Positions 1 through 9,955 of a stretch of 32,000 nucleotides of DNA are shown piece by piece. Every line of letters begins with the position of its first letter. The first letter of the stretch is position 1. Location: NCBI RefSeq assembly GCF_003231495.1, contig NZ_PQWO01000017.1:30001-62000 (forward strand), written 5' to 3'. The DNA is from Acaryochloris thomasi RCC1774. Its GTDB lineage: Bacteria; Cyanobacteriota; Cyanobacteriia; Thermosynechococcales; Thermosynechococcaceae. The position numbers and the translations under genes are program-made. Under the pieces are notes generated by a model. That model did no database searches, had not been told where the DNA came from, and saw only the letters and a program-made list of their open reading frames with translations.

Positions 1-70
1 TCAATGCTACTCAACTGATCCTAATGGCGATCAGGGAGCACCGTCACGTTACTCGTGGAATCTTAATAGC

Positions 71-1603
71 CTAGGCATGATCCAATAGTGGTAAGGCAGA
101 CTGTGTAAATAAACTTGAGTCGAGGTAATTAATCCGTGCGTAGGGACTAAGCGCATCTAGAATCTGCTGACCATAGCTACGATGTATAACTCTGGCATCT
201 AAAAGCGCAACAACGCCTTGCTGCTCACGAGCAGGTGCGATCGCATCTTGCAGCATTCTCAGCGTCTGGGGCAGGAGATAGAGACGGAACCAATCTTGAC
301 GCCGCCGCTTATAGTAAGCCACTCGCCCAGCCACCCGCGGATCCTCCAATGATGGAATAGGCAGCGTTGCAATCACCAATAGAGGCGGAGCCGGAACATG
401 ATGCTGCACCTGCAGCCAGTAGTCCCAGCCCGTGACTAAAATGCTGTCTTGGCCCAAAGCAGGTGTCTCAACCTGTACCCGAGATCCAAACTCAGCCGCC
501 AGCAAAGCCGCAATCTGCGCTTTCAAAGGCAGGTCATCAATTACCAAGACGGTAGGCCGACCTAGCCCTCGACTAAGGGCCAACAAATCACGAATTTGAA
601 TCATGATTCGCGCCTGAAATTCAGGCGTATTGGGCATGGGTAAACCATCGGGAATATAAAGCTGAATAGCCTCTGTATGCCGATCCGCACCAAACTGAAC
701 ACAGGTTACATCTTCGATCCCCAGCGTTTTTTCATAGAGGTGGGCGCTCGCTTGCACGTTCACACCTCCACCGAAAAGCACTGTTGTCTGCTGCTCCCAA
801 ATCGCCCGTAGATAGGGTTCAACATCAATCGGCGCACAGTGAAGCGTGAACGATCCCTGCTGCCGATGGATCTCTGTCCAAAGCAGTTGATCCGGCCGAG
901 TATACTGCTGCCAAAAACGTTGCCAAGACTTAGGCCCCATGCTTAAGTCGCAGCTCAGCAGATCGTGATGCAGATGCTCAAGAACTTGATGCTCACCCTC
1001 GGTCAATAAAGCACAGCCATAGGGATTAACCGGATGCTGAAAGATGCTGCGAGTTAACTGCGCGCGCGCACCTCGCAGAAGCTGGGTCTGATGAGGATAG
1101 CACCATCGCAGCTGCTCCCAATCTTGCAAATCAAGGGAGACCGTTAAATGCTTGCGAGTCCAGCTCTCTAGTTCATCCACCCCATCCAGCAGCACTAGGC
1201 CAGATCCGATTGTCCAATCAGACCGCTGTGCCAACCACTCCTGAGGCGAAAGAATAAGGAGACCGCTAAAGTGAGGCCCGGGCCACTGCTGCACAGTGCA
1301 AACCGGCTTTTTAAACCCCAGCCACTCACTCAACTTAGGAATATCTATCTGTAAAAGCCGTTGCTGAACAGCAGCAGGAGTAACCAGTACAACAGGATCA
1401 GGCCACAGCAATAGAGGTACAAGATAGCTACAGCGATAATGCCCCCGATACCGAGCTGCCGCACTCACCTGGATGAGAGCGCTCCGCTGAAGGCGTAAAG
1501 CTCGGGCGACCAGTCGGGCCACAGACAAGTGGTGGGGCCAGCGAACTTCTCCCTGATCACGCAAAAAAGCATGTAGTTGCTGGTGGACGTCTACCTCAAG
1601 CAA
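71..1603 (-). CDS. DinG/Rad3-like SF2 helicase-family protein with degenerate ATPase motifs
   Basis: Intact 510-aa ORF. The C-terminal half reads like the second RecA lobe of DinG/XPD helicases (VLVIDDLPL, LLVIATLPIPSLEDPRVAGRVAYYKRRRQDWFRLYLLPQTLRMLQDAI, VVALLDARV..SYG). No GK[ST] Walker A and no DEAH box is visible anywhere in the translation. Confidence 0.6.
   Translation of the reverse strand: MLEVDVHQQLHAFLRDQGEVRWPHHLSVARLVARALRLQRSALIQVSAAARYRGHYRCSYLVPLLLWPDPVVLVTPAAVQQRLLQIDIPKLSEWLGFKKPVCTVQQWPGPHFSGLLILSPQEWLAQRSDWTIGSGLVLLDGVDELESWTRKHLTVSLDLQDWEQLRWCYPHQTQLLRGARAQLTRSIFQHPVNPYGCALLTEGEHQVLEHLHHDLLSCDLSMGPKSWQRFWQQYTRPDQLLWTEIHRQQGSFTLHCAPIDVEPYLRAIWEQQTTVLFGGGVNVQASAHLYEKTLGIEDVTCVQFGADRHTEAIQLYIPDGLPMPNTPEFQARIMIQIRDLLALSRGLGRPTVLVIDDLPLKAQIAALLAAEFGSRVQVETPALGQDSILVTGWDYWLQVQHHVPAPPLLVIATLPIPSLEDPRVAGRVAYYKRRRQDWFRLYLLPQTLRMLQDAIAPAREQQGVVALLDARVIHRSYGQQILDALSPYARINYLDSSLFTQSALPLLDHA
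237..244. repeat. HIP1 octamer GCGATCGC (first of about 19 copies in the window)
   Basis: Exact copies found by eye start at 237, 6717, 10523, 13201, 17245, 17421, 17831, 20944, 21322, 21764, 23278, 24475, 24960, 26809, 27518, 29295, 29439, 31430 and 31891. Confidence 0.9.
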
Positions 1604-1754
1604 AATAAACCCATTGACGGTAACGGCATGACCTTCATTGTGGCATAGTCCATCCCAGAAGCTGATAGGTAGAAATAACTCAGCATTCCTAGTCGCGAAG
1701 CTTTAAGAACTGAACACTGCACCGATACACTAACAAAAACAGCCCGGTGGATTT

Positions 1755-2612
1755 ATGACACTGTCAATCGCCCATTTAGGTCCTCCTGGAACCTATGCTG
1801 AGCAAGCCGCACTCGCCTATCTAGACTTACATTCCACGCCGTCTACGACATTGCGTCCCTATGCCAGTATTGCCCGTACAATCCAGTCAACCGCCCAGGG
1901 AGAGACCCATCTAACGATTGCTCCCATCGAAAATTCAATTGAGGGTAGCGTTGCCACAACACTAGACACTTTATGGCAATGCTCCGACCTCCAAATTCGT
2001 CAGGCTTTGGTCTTACCCATCAGACACGTATTGATTGCTCAAACTCCTAATCTGCAAAAAATTAAAGCAGTTTACTCACATCCTCAAGCGTTGGGGCAAT
2101 GCCAAAGATGGCTAGCCACTAACCTGCCTCAAACAACTGCGATTGCGACCAACTCGACAACAGAAGCTCTCCAATACGTCCAGGCAGATCCGTCAGCCGC
2201 GGCTATTTCTTCTGAGCGGGCAGCCCAGCTCTATGAGCTACCTATCGTTCAACGCACCATTCAAGACCACCCAGATAACTGCACGCGTTTTTGGGTAATC
2301 AATCAGCAAAAAACTGCAGACCTACCTCCCGTGATTGAAACAGATCAAACTTACACCTCACTTGCTTTCAGCTTGCCCGCCAACCAACCAGGAGCACTAC
2401 TCAAAACCCTCCAGATATTTGCAGAGCGCAGTATCAACTTGAGCCGCATCGAATCTCGACCCAGCCGACGATCAATGGGGGACTACGTATTTTTTATTGA
2501 CGCAGAAATCAGTGCGGAGCAAACCACTTTCCACTCTGCTTTGGAGCAGCTTCAAGCATCAACAGAGGTGCTGAAAAGTTTTGGGAGCTACCCGCTAGTC
2601 ACGATCAGCTAA
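1755..2612 (+). CDS. pheA: prephenate dehydratase
   Basis: 285 aa. N-terminal LGPPGTYAEQAA and C-terminal ACT-domain signature (NLSRIESRPSRRSMGDYVFFID) are typical of PheA. ATG start with GGTGGA 4 nt upstream. Confidence 0.9.
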   Translation: MTLSIAHLGPPGTYAEQAALAYLDLHSTPSTTLRPYASIARTIQSTAQGETHLTIAPIENSIEGSVATTLDTLWQCSDLQIRQALVLPIRHVLIAQTPNLQKIKAVYSHPQALGQCQRWLATNLPQTTAIATNSTTEALQYVQADPSAAAISSERAAQLYELPIVQRTIQDHPDNCTRFWVINQQKTADLPPVIETDQTYTSLAFSLPANQPGALLKTLQIFAERSINLSRIESRPSRRSMGDYVFFIDAEISAEQTTFHSALEQLQASTEVLKSFGSYPLVTIS

Positions 2613-3253
2613 GAATTGAGCGTATCCTTCAAAACCGTTCGGGCTGCCAAATGATTCCGTGTGGATGTCAGAATTTCGGTCTCTCGCTCTAGCCGCAGTT
2701 GTGTGTCCTGCATCTCTAAAAGAGCCTGCTGTTCAGGCGCTGCTCCATGAAATTTGCTAGCGACCCAGTAGGACAGCTGAGTGGCCTGTTCAGGAATATC
2801 ATCAGGAAGTTCAGTTTCTTGATCTGTGAGCTTATCCGACAAACCCACAACATCTTTAAATAGCTGCTTAACGTCAGAGGCTAACGGCTGTAGATCCGTT
2901 TGCGTTGACGTATCCCCAATCCATTCAACTAAACCCACTCGATAGGGCTTATCTCGCACATAATCAAGTACACGAAACCGCTGTTGACCGAGACAAAGAA
3001 CCATCATCCGGTCATCAGGAAGACGCTCATAGCGAATGACTTCAGCACAGCAACCAACGGCTGCAGCTTGCCCCTGCTCTGGGTCCCACATGAGGACACC
3101 GAACCGATGATCGCTCTCTAGGATCGTGTTCATCATGATCCGATAGCGAAACTCAAAAATATGAAGAGGCAGGGGACAGTTGGGGAATAGAACAACCTCA
3201 GGAAGAGGAAAGAGAGGAAGTTCTCTAACTGCGAGCGAAGAAGGAAAAGCCAT
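2609..3253 (-). CDS. LON N-terminal (substrate-binding) domain protein, stand-alone, without AAA+ or protease domains
   Basis: 214 aa. Starts with the canonical Lon-N motif LPLFPLPEVVLFPNCPLPLHIFEFRYRIMM. Too short to include ATPase or protease modules. Confidence 0.8.
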   Translation of the reverse strand: MAFPSSLAVRELPLFPLPEVVLFPNCPLPLHIFEFRYRIMMNTILESDHRFGVLMWDPEQGQAAAVGCCAEVIRYERLPDDRMMVLCLGQQRFRVLDYVRDKPYRVGLVEWIGDTSTQTDLQPLASDVKQLFKDVVGLSDKLTDQETELPDDIPEQATQLSYWVASKFHGAAPEQQALLEMQDTQLRLERETEILTSTRNHLAARTVLKDTLNS

Positions 3254-3415
3254 TGCCGAAATGCAGATATGTTGACGCGTTGAAAATTAGTATTTCTTAC
3301 TCTAGCCCATCTAGCTTAGTAAGTCTCAGGAAGAACAACTGAGTTCCTCCCTAATTAACGTCCTAACTCAGTTTCTGCCGATCTTTCCGCCGTTTCGACT
3401 ACCGCAACAAGAGAC

Positions 3416-3733
3416 CTAGAGCTTGACTTCAATATCGACTCCGGCAGGCAGATCTAGCTTCATGAGTGCATCAATTGTCTTGGGTGAAGGCTGATAGATA
3501 TCAACGATGCGGCGATGGGTTCGGGTCTCAAAATGCTCTCTAGCATCTTTATCAACGTGAGGTGATGTAAGCACACAGTAGATGCGACGGCGGGTAGGCA
3601 AGGGGATAGGACCAACAGGCGACGCATTCGTACGCTTTGCCGTTTCGACAATTTTGTCGCAGGAGGTATCAAGAAGTCTGTGGTCAAAAGCTTTTAGTCG
3701 AATCCGGATTTTCTGCTGATCTAAGGTTGCCAT
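3416..3733 (-). CDS. rpsJ: 30S ribosomal protein S10
   Basis: 105 aa, [15 protein letters not shown]...[35 protein letters not shown] is unmistakable S10. It follows tuf as in cyanobacteria and plastids. Confidence 0.97.
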   Translation of the reverse strand: MATLDQQKIRIRLKAFDHRLLDTSCDKIVETAKRTNASPVGPIPLPTRRRIYCVLTSPHVDKDAREHFETRTHRRIVDIYQPSPKTIDALMKLDLPAGVDIEVKL

Positions 3734-3813
3734 AGGTCTGTTCTCTTTTATTTTCTAGGTTCAGGGGAAAACACGGGATTGTGCCTCCCAATAATTTTTG
3801 GCCTGATGCGATT

Positions 3814-3850
3814 AAGACAAAAAGAAGCTGCTGGACAGGTTCCAGCAGCT
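3814..3850 (-). terminator. intrinsic terminator or attenuator between tuf and rpsJ
   Basis: On the minus strand, 17 nt after the tuf stop: perfect 10-bp stem AGCUGCUGGA / UCCAGCAGCU (3841-3850 pairs with 3826-3835), 5-nt loop, then UCUUUUUGUCUU. Confidence 0.65.
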
Positions 3851-3867
3851 CTCTTCAGTACCTGGTT

Positions 3868-5097
3868 TTAAGCGAGGATTTTGGAGACAACGCCAGCACC
3901 AACAGTACGACCACCTTCACGAATCGCAAAGCGCATTCCTTGCTCAATGGCGATGGGGTTGATCAGATCAACTGTCATTTTGATGCGGTCACCGGGCATG
4001 ACCATTTCAGCCGAGCTACCATCATCAGCCGTAAAAGCATCAATGGTTCCGGTTACGTCAGTTGTACGAACGTAGAACTGGGGACGATAACCAGGGAAGA
4101 AAGGCGTATGACGGCCACCCTCATCTTTCTTGAGGATGTAGACCTCAGACTCAAACTTGGTGTGAGGCGTAATCGAACCAGGCTTGGAAATAACCATGCC
4201 CCGCTCAATATCTTCTTTTTGAACACCGCGAAGGAGTAGGCCTACATTGTCGCCAGCCATCCCTTGATCCAGAGTCTTCTGGAACATTTCTACGCCCGTA
4301 ACGGTAGTAGAGTTTGTATCCTTGATGCCCACGATTTCCACAGTTTCGCCAACATTGACGACGCCGCGCTCGATTCGACCTGTGGCAACGGTTCCTCGAC
4401 CTGTAATTGAGAAAACGTCTTCAACAGCCATCAGCAATGGCTTGTCAACGTCACGTTCAGGTGTAGGAACGTAGGCATCCACTTCGTCCATGAGGGCTAA
4501 AATCTTATCAACCCACTTGTCATCACCCTTTTTAAGGTCAGTTTTTGACGTGAGGGCTTCCACTGCGTTGAGGGCAGAACCTACAACGATGGGGATATCA
4601 TCGCCAGGGAAGTCATATTCAGAGAGCAGTTCACGAACTTCTAGTTCGACTAGCTCTAACAGCTCTTCGTCGTCAACCTGATCTTCTTTGTTCAAGAAAA
4701 CAACGAGGCTAGGGACACCGACCTGCTTGGCGAGCAGGATGTGCTCACGGGTCTGGGGCATAGGACCATCGGCAGCGGAGCAAACCAGAATCGCACCGTC
4801 CATCTGAGCTGCGCCTGTGATCATGTTTTTGACATAATCAGCGTGTCCAGGACAGTCAACATGAGCGTAGTGACGACCATCGGTCTCGTACTCAACGTGG
4901 GCGGTATTGATGGTAATCCCGCGAGCTTTTTCCTCAGGGGCAGCATCAATTTCGTCATATTTTCTGACTTTCGCATTACCCTCTGCTGCCAGAGACATAG
5001 TAATGGCTGCTGTCAGTGTTGTTTTACCGTGGTCAACGTGACCAATGGTGCCAATGTTGACGTGAGGTTTGTTTCTTTCAAACTTTGCGCGTGCCAT
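3868..5097 (-). CDS. tuf: elongation factor Tu
   Basis: 409 aa, [32 protein letters not shown] and full-length EF-Tu similarity. Confidence 0.98.
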   Translation of the reverse strand: MARAKFERNKPHVNIGTIGHVDHGKTTLTAAITMSLAAEGNAKVRKYDEIDAAPEEKARGITINTAHVEYETDGRHYAHVDCPGHADYVKNMITGAAQMDGAILVCSAADGPMPQTREHILLAKQVGVPSLVVFLNKEDQVDDEELLELVELEVRELLSEYDFPGDDIPIVVGSALNAVEALTSKTDLKKGDDKWVDKILALMDEVDAYVPTPERDVDKPLLMAVEDVFSITGRGTVATGRIERGVVNVGETVEIVGIKDTNSTTVTGVEMFQKTLDQGMAGDNVGLLLRGVQKEDIERGMVISKPGSITPHTKFESEVYILKKDEGGRHTPFFPGYRPQFYVRTTDVTGTIDAFTADDGSSAEMVMPGDRIKMTVDLINPIAIEQGMRFAIREGGRTVGAGVVSKILA

Positions 5098-5122
5098 GAA
5101 TCAACTATTCCTTTTCAATGAT

Positions 5123-7198
5123 CTATGCGTACCCTTTGTTTTTTTCGATGATTGGTTCAGCCGCACTCCGAGGTACTTCATCATAACAGCTAAACTCCAT
5201 AGAAAAGATACCTCGACCTTGGGTCATAGACCGGATATCCGTGGCATACCCAAACATGGTTGCCAAAGGAACTTTGGTTGTGACCTTAGACAGCCCTTGG
5301 GTCACTTCCTGTCCTTCAATTTGGCCCCTGCGAGAGATTAAATCTCCCATGACAGGCCCCAAAAACTCTTCGGGGACTTCGACCTCAGTTTTCATCATCG
5401 GCTCTAAAAGAGCGGGTGATGCTTTGAGGGCACCTTCTCGAATGGCCATGGAACCGGCAATCTTGAAGGCAATCTCTGAAGAGTCCACATCGTGATACGA
5501 CCCATCAATCAGGGTCACTCTGACATCTATAAGAGGATAACCCGCTAAGACACCAGATTCACAAGCTTCTTTCATACCCTGCTCTGCAGGTTTAATAAAT
5601 TCCTGGGGAATTGCTCCCCCTGTAATCTTGGATGTAAACTCAAAGCCTGTCCCTGGCTCGCCCGGCTCGAGCTGAATCACAACGTGGCCATATTGACCTT
5701 TGCCGCCGCTCTGACGCACAAATTTTCCTTCCGCTTCTACAGCTTTGCGGATGGTCTCGCGATAGGCGACCTGTGGCGCACCAATATTAGCCTGTACTTT
5801 AAATTCCCGCAGCATCCGATCAATCAAGATTTCAAGGTGGAGTTCACCCATCCCTGCAATCACGGTCTGATTGGTTTCGGGATCGATACTGACTTGGAAG
5901 GTCGGATCTTCCTGAGACAAGGACTGCAGCGCTTTGGAGAGCTTGTCCATATCCTGGGTTGTTTTAGGCTCAACGGCCACCGAAATAACGGGTTCAGGGA
6001 TGAAAAGAGATTCCAGGATGATTGGAGATTTGGAATCGCACAGTGTTTCGCCTGTGAAGGTGTCTTTGAGACCGAGAGCTGCACCTAGATCGCCTGCCCG
6101 GAGTTCATCGACTTCGATACGATCGTCTGCCTTCATGATGATCAAGCGAGCAATCCGCTCTTTTTTATTTTTGGTTGGGTTGAGGACGTAGCTGCCTTTC
6201 GTTAAGACACCAGAATAAACCCTGAGGAAGGTGAGGCGACCGTAGGGATCAGTCATGACTTTGAAGGCTAGGGCCGACAGCGGTGCATTGTCGTCAGCAG
6301 GACGCTCGGCTTCACTCCCGTCTTCTAAGTGCCCCTGAATGGCGGGAACTTCTATGGGGGAGGGCATGTAATCAATGACGGCATCTAGCAGGAGCTGCAC
6401 ACCTTTATTCTTAAAGGCAGAACCACACAGCATGGGAATCATGGTGCCTGCAATGGCACCTTTTCTCAGCGCCACGGTAATCTCCTCTTCAGAGAGTGCT
6501 TCACCTTCTAAATACTTTTCCATCAACGTATCGTCGGCTTCAGCGACGCTCTCCACCAGACGGGTGCGATAGTCTTCAGCTTGATCTTTGACTTCGGCGG
6601 GAATCTCTGTCTCTTGAATATCGGTGCCTTCATCGTTGTTGTAGATGAAGGCTTTCATTCTGACGAGGTCAACGATTCCGCGAAAGTTGTCTTCGCTACC
6701 GATGGGAATTTGAGTTGCGATCGCATTTCCTCTCAGCCGCTCACGGATCTGATCGTAAACTTTGAAGAAATCGGCTCCCGTGCGGTCCATTTTGTTGACG
6801 AACACAACCCGAGGTACTGAATAACGCTCAGCCTGTCGCCACACCGTCTCTGACTGGGGCTGCACTCCTCCCACAGAGCAAAACACAGCAATCACGCCAT
6901 CTAACACGCGCATCGAGCGCTCCACCTCAATGGTGAAGTCAACGTGTCCCGGCGTATCAATGATATTGATGTGGTGGTCTTTCCAAGTTGTTGAAATAGC
7001 CGCAGCTGTGATCGTGATTCCCCGCTCTCGCTCCTGATCCATCCAGTCCGTCACGGTGTTGCCATCGTGAACCTCTCCCACCTTGTGAACCACGCCGGAA
7101 TAGAACAGAATACGCTCTGTTGTTGTCGTTTTGCCCGCATCAATATGAGCAGCAATTCCGATATTACGTATTTTTTCGAGGGGGATGGACCTTGCCAC
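5123..7198 (-). CDS. fusA: elongation factor G
   Basis: The ORF track starts at TTG 7222. GTG at 7198 sits 6 nt after AAGGAG and yields the canonical N-terminus (M)[30 protein letters not shown]. Full-length EF-G similarity. Confidence 0.96.
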   Translation of the reverse strand: MARSIPLEKIRNIGIAAHIDAGKTTTTERILFYSGVVHKVGEVHDGNTVTDWMDQERERGITITAAAISTTWKDHHINIIDTPGHVDFTIEVERSMRVLDGVIAVFCSVGGVQPQSETVWRQAERYSVPRVVFVNKMDRTGADFFKVYDQIRERLRGNAIATQIPIGSEDNFRGIVDLVRMKAFIYNNDEGTDIQETEIPAEVKDQAEDYRTRLVESVAEADDTLMEKYLEGEALSEEEITVALRKGAIAGTMIPMLCGSAFKNKGVQLLLDAVIDYMPSPIEVPAIQGHLEDGSEAERPADDNAPLSALAFKVMTDPYGRLTFLRVYSGVLTKGSYVLNPTKNKKERIARLIIMKADDRIEVDELRAGDLGAALGLKDTFTGETLCDSKSPIILESLFIPEPVISVAVEPKTTQDMDKLSKALQSLSQEDPTFQVSIDPETNQTVIAGMGELHLEILIDRMLREFKVQANIGAPQVAYRETIRKAVEAEGKFVRQSGGKGQYGHVVIQLEPGEPGTGFEFTSKITGGAIPQEFIKPAEQGMKEACESGVLAGYPLIDVRVTLIDGSYHDVDSSEIAFKIAGSMAIREGALKASPALLEPMMKTEVEVPEEFLGPVMGDLISRRGQIEGQEVTQGLSKVTTKVPLATMFGYATDIRSMTQGRGIFSMEFSCYDEVPRSAAEPIIEKNKGYA

Positions 7199-7282
7199 AG
7201 CTCTCTCCTTACGTCTGAGCAAGCTAACTTACCCAGGCTCCACTGGATCTTTCAATCAACTGATGCCTGTCCTCAATCCGCT

Positions 7283-7753
7283 TTAATAGCGATAGTGAGC
7301 GAAGGCCTTATTTGCTTCAGCCATGCGATGCGTCTCTTCTCGTTTGCGAATTGCACCACCGGTCTCATTGGCTGCATCGATTAGCTCATTAGCTAACTTA
7401 CTAACCATCGAGCGACCTCCACGCTGACGCGAGAAAGAAACCAACCAACGTAACGCAAGCGCAATACCACGTTCAGAGCGAACCTCCATGGGCACCTGAT
7501 AGGTTGCACCACCCACCCGTCGAGCCTTGACTTCAACCAGTGGCGTCGCATTCCGCACCGCCGTCTCAAAGACCTCAAGGGGGTCTTGATTGGTGCGCTC
7601 TTCGATGACTTTCATGGCGTCATAGAGGAGGCGCGAGGCAACCGACTTTTTGCCACTTGTCATCAGACGACGAATAGTCATGCTGACCAATCGACTGTTG
7701 TAAACAGAATCAGGTGGGACGGGACGCTTTTGGACGCGAATACGACGAGACAT
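7283..7753 (-). CDS. rpsG: 30S ribosomal protein S7
   Basis: 156 aa, [23 protein letters not shown] and the C-terminal [20 protein letters not shown] are S7 hallmarks. Confidence 0.97.
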   Translation of the reverse strand: MSRRIRVQKRPVPPDSVYNSRLVSMTIRRLMTSGKKSVASRLLYDAMKVIEERTNQDPLEVFETAVRNATPLVEVKARRVGGATYQVPMEVRSERGIALALRWLVSFSRQRGGRSMVSKLANELIDAANETGGAIRKREETHRMAEANKAFAHYRY

Positions 7754-7896
7754 GGAGACCTACTTTAATCTTTCAGGACAATGATTGAACAACTAACCCA
7801 TAGAAGAGGGCTAGAATTCGATGGAATTAATCTCAGAGCCTATTTCCAGACCTTTTCCCAGGACTCGAAACATCTATCTTGACGGGCAAGCAATGC

Positions 7897-8277
7897 TTAC
7901 TTCTCTGGCTTAGGCTTCTTAGCACCATATTTAGAACGGCTCTGACGGCGATCCTTCACGCCGGCTGTATCCAAGGTGCCTCGGATAATGTGGTAGCGCA
8001 CACCTGGCAGGTCCTTAACACGACCACCACGAATCATCACAACCGAGTGTTCCTGAAGGTTATGTCCAATCCCTGGGATGTAAGCTGTCACCTCAAAACC
8101 GGAGGTGAGACGAACCCTAGCAACCTTTCTCAAAGCTGAGTTTGGCTTTTTGGGTGTTGTAGTGTAAACCCGTGTGCAGACGCCCCGGCGCTGGGGACAG
8201 CTTTTCAAAGCTGGAGATTTCGTCTTCTTCAGGATTTCTTGCCGTTGATTACGGATTAATTGCTGAATTGTGGGCAT
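7897..8277 (-). CDS. rpsL: 30S ribosomal protein S12
   Basis: 126 aa, MPTIQQLIR...[52 protein letters not shown] is S12. Confidence 0.97.
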   Translation of the reverse strand: MPTIQQLIRNQRQEILKKTKSPALKSCPQRRGVCTRVYTTTPKKPNSALRKVARVRLTSGFEVTAYIPGIGHNLQEHSVVMIRGGRVKDLPGVRYHIIRGTLDTAGVKDRRQSRSKYGAKKPKPEK

Positions 8278-8331
8278 GGATTAATATCGAAGCAAGCGTA
8301 TGCTCAGTAGTGATTATTTTACCAAACCCTG

Positions 8332-8361
8332 ACTATATCGCCTGCCAATTACAACTGTCAA
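8332..8361 (-). promoter_or_regulatory. candidate sigma-70-type promoter of the str operon
   Basis: Minus strand reads TTGACA (8361-8356), an 18-nt spacer, then TATAGT (8337-8332). It lies about 55 nt upstream of the rpsL ATG and downstream of the ybaB terminator. Sequence match only. Confidence 0.4.
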
Positions 8362-8445
8362 ATGTCGAGTTGTTAATTTCCGAGCCATCTACTCAATGGC
8401 TTCTTATACAACGCAGTGACTTCATATGATACAAGGACTGAGCAG

Positions 8446-8500
8446 CAAAAAAAAGTACAAGACATGAGCATTTTTATCTCTAACGCTCGTGTCTTGTACT
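8446..8500 (-). terminator. rho-independent terminator downstream of ybaB
   Basis: Minus-strand RNA AGUACAAGACACGAGC-(15-nt loop)-GCUCAUGUCUUGUACU is a 16-bp stem with one G-U pair. It is followed directly by UUUUUUUU (A-run 8446-8453 on the plus strand) and lies 91 nt after the ybaB stop. Confidence 0.8.
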
Positions 8501-8591
8501 GATATCAATGAATTATCAATGGGACAACGCCTCGACTCTACCCAAACAGAATCGCTGTAGAGTATCGCCGAAGATCAACGGTCTCTTGAAA

Positions 8592-8948
8592 TTACATATT
8601 GAGACCGGGCAGATCAAGCCCGCCGGTCAAATCTTCCATCCGCTCTCGCATGGTATCTGTTGATTTGACGTAGGCATCTTTCATCGCAGCGGCGACCAGA
8701 TCAGAGAGAACTTCAGCACCTTCTTCAATGGCCGCTGGAGAAATTTCTACTCGAAGGGGTTCTTGGTTACCACTCATGAAAACTTTGACCATGCCGCCAC
8801 CGGATTCGCCTCCGATTTCCATAGCCTCTAGGTCTTCCTGCAGCTGCTTGGCACCTTCTTGAACCTGCTGTGCTTTCTTAATGGCTTCAGCCAGCTCTTT
8901 CATTTTGCCGAGACCGAAACCAAAACCTTGTCCTTGTCCTTCTGCCAT
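8592..8948 (-). CDS. ybaB: YbaB/EbfC-family nucleoid-associated protein
   Basis: 118 aa. [26 protein letters not shown].., [22 protein letters not shown] and [13 protein letters not shown] match the YbaB fold signature. Confidence 0.88.
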   Translation of the reverse strand: MAEGQGQGFGFGLGKMKELAEAIKKAQQVQEGAKQLQEDLEAMEIGGESGGGMVKVFMSGNQEPLRVEISPAAIEEGAEVLSDLVAAAMKDAYVKSTDTMRERMEDLTGGLDLPGLNM

Positions 8949-9037
8949 ATTTCCTAGCTTTAATCTATAGATGGGTATTGACGATTTCGAGATCTAGGCC
9001 GTACGGCACAGACTCTCTTCATGATACTGGGATATCT

Positions 9038-9955
9038 CTACGCAACCTCAAAGAATTCTCCTAACATCTTGACTTCTGGATGCAGAGAGAGAGACCATTC
9101 TTGCTCAACGCGATGCTGAACATGGCGAATCAAGTTGAAGATATCACTTGCCGTAGCATGCCCACAATTCAGAATAAAGTTGGCATGTTTCTGCGCAACC
9201 TGAGCGCCACCAAGTTGGTAGCCCTTCAGCCCCGCCTGCTCAATGAGCCACCCTGCAGAGCGCGGTAGGGGATTTCGAAAGACGCTGCCACAGCTTGGCC
9301 AGTCGTAGGGCTGGGTATTGAGGCGATGGCTGAGGTGAGTCTGGGTGGTGGTCTGCACAACCTTAGGATCTGCACCTGGCTGCAGCTGCAGCACGGCGCG
9401 AATCAGAGGACGTCTATCTTGCTGCAGGATAGATGAGCGGTAGGTATAGTTGAGGGCTGATGCGGGCAAAATTTCAATAGAGCCGTCGGGATTGAGAACG
9501 TGGGCCTCAACTAAGTTGTCAGCGGTGCAGCCGCCGTGGGCACCGGCATTCATCACCACGGCTCCACCCACGGTCCCGGGGATTCCAACCGCCCATTCTA
9601 GACCGGCCCAGCCTTTGCGCGCGGCTTGTTTGGCAAGCTTGGGGAGAGGTTTGCCGGCTTCAACCGTGATTCGCCCGGTTTGCTCATCAAAGTTGTGATG
9701 CTTGAGAAAACGCGTAGAGATAATTAAGCCAGGTAATCCCTGATCGCTAATGAGTAGGTTAGACCCTGCCCCCAGCAAGGTAGCAGAGATATTATTCTCA
9801 ACGGCCCATACATAGCTGGCCTGCAGATCTTCAACGGACTGCGGTGCAACAAACCATTCAGCAGGACCACCGACCTTGAAAGTTGTTAGATCTGACAGAG
9901 TGAACTGCGTCTGAATCTCGCTGCCAGAGGGTAGGTTAATGAGCATCGGAGTCAT
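9038..9955 (-). CDS. murB: UDP-N-acetylenolpyruvoylglucosamine reductase
   Basis: 305 aa. FAD-binding motifs TFKVGGPAEWF, LGAGSNLL and GIPGTVGGAVVMNAGAHG, plus the C-terminal GSVFRNP. Start overlaps the murC stop by 4 nt. Confidence 0.9.
   Translation of the reverse strand: MTPMLINLPSGSEIQTQFTLSDLTTFKVGGPAEWFVAPQSVEDLQASYVWAVENNISATLLGAGSNLLISDQGLPGLIISTRFLKHHNFDEQTGRITVEAGKPLPKLAKQAARKGWAGLEWAVGIPGTVGGAVVMNAGAHGGCTADNLVEAHVLNPDGSIEILPASALNYTYRSSILQQDRRPLIRAVLQLQPGADPKVVQTTTQTHLSHRLNTQPYDWPSCGSVFRNPLPRSAGWLIEQAGLKGYQLGGAQVAQKHANFILNCGHATASDIFNLIRHVQHRVEQEWSLSLHPEVKMLGEFFEVA

Noticed and set aside
3337-3373. 9-bp inverted repeat AACTGAGTT / AACTCAGTT downstream of rpsJ as a terminator
   Set aside because: It has a 19-nt loop and no U-tract on the minus strand (it is followed by GUUCUUCCUGAG). 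This is insufficient for an intrinsic terminator call, and it may still be a weak structure.
3460-3687. 75-aa minus-strand ORF in an alternative frame of rpsJ
   Set aside because: It is fully nested in the S10 gene in another frame. The S10 frame is unambiguous.
3781-5121. Plus-strand ORFs of 152, 64, 63 and 126 aa overlapping tuf
   Set aside because: They are antisense shadows of the extremely conserved EF-Tu gene. The translations are low-complexity (Ser/Thr/Arg runs), there is no SD, and no family resemblance.
7199-7222. Eight-codon N-terminal extension of fusA (TTG start in the ORF track)
   Set aside because: The extension itself contains the AAGGAG Shine-Dalgarno for GTG 7198. That start gives the canonical EF-G N-terminus.
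5069-7384. Multiple 60-134-aa ORFs on both strands within fusA and the rpsG 3' end
   Set aside because: All overlap the full-length EF-G and S7 frames. None has recognisable motifs. They are typical off-frame or antisense ORFs of a long, moderately GC-rich gene.
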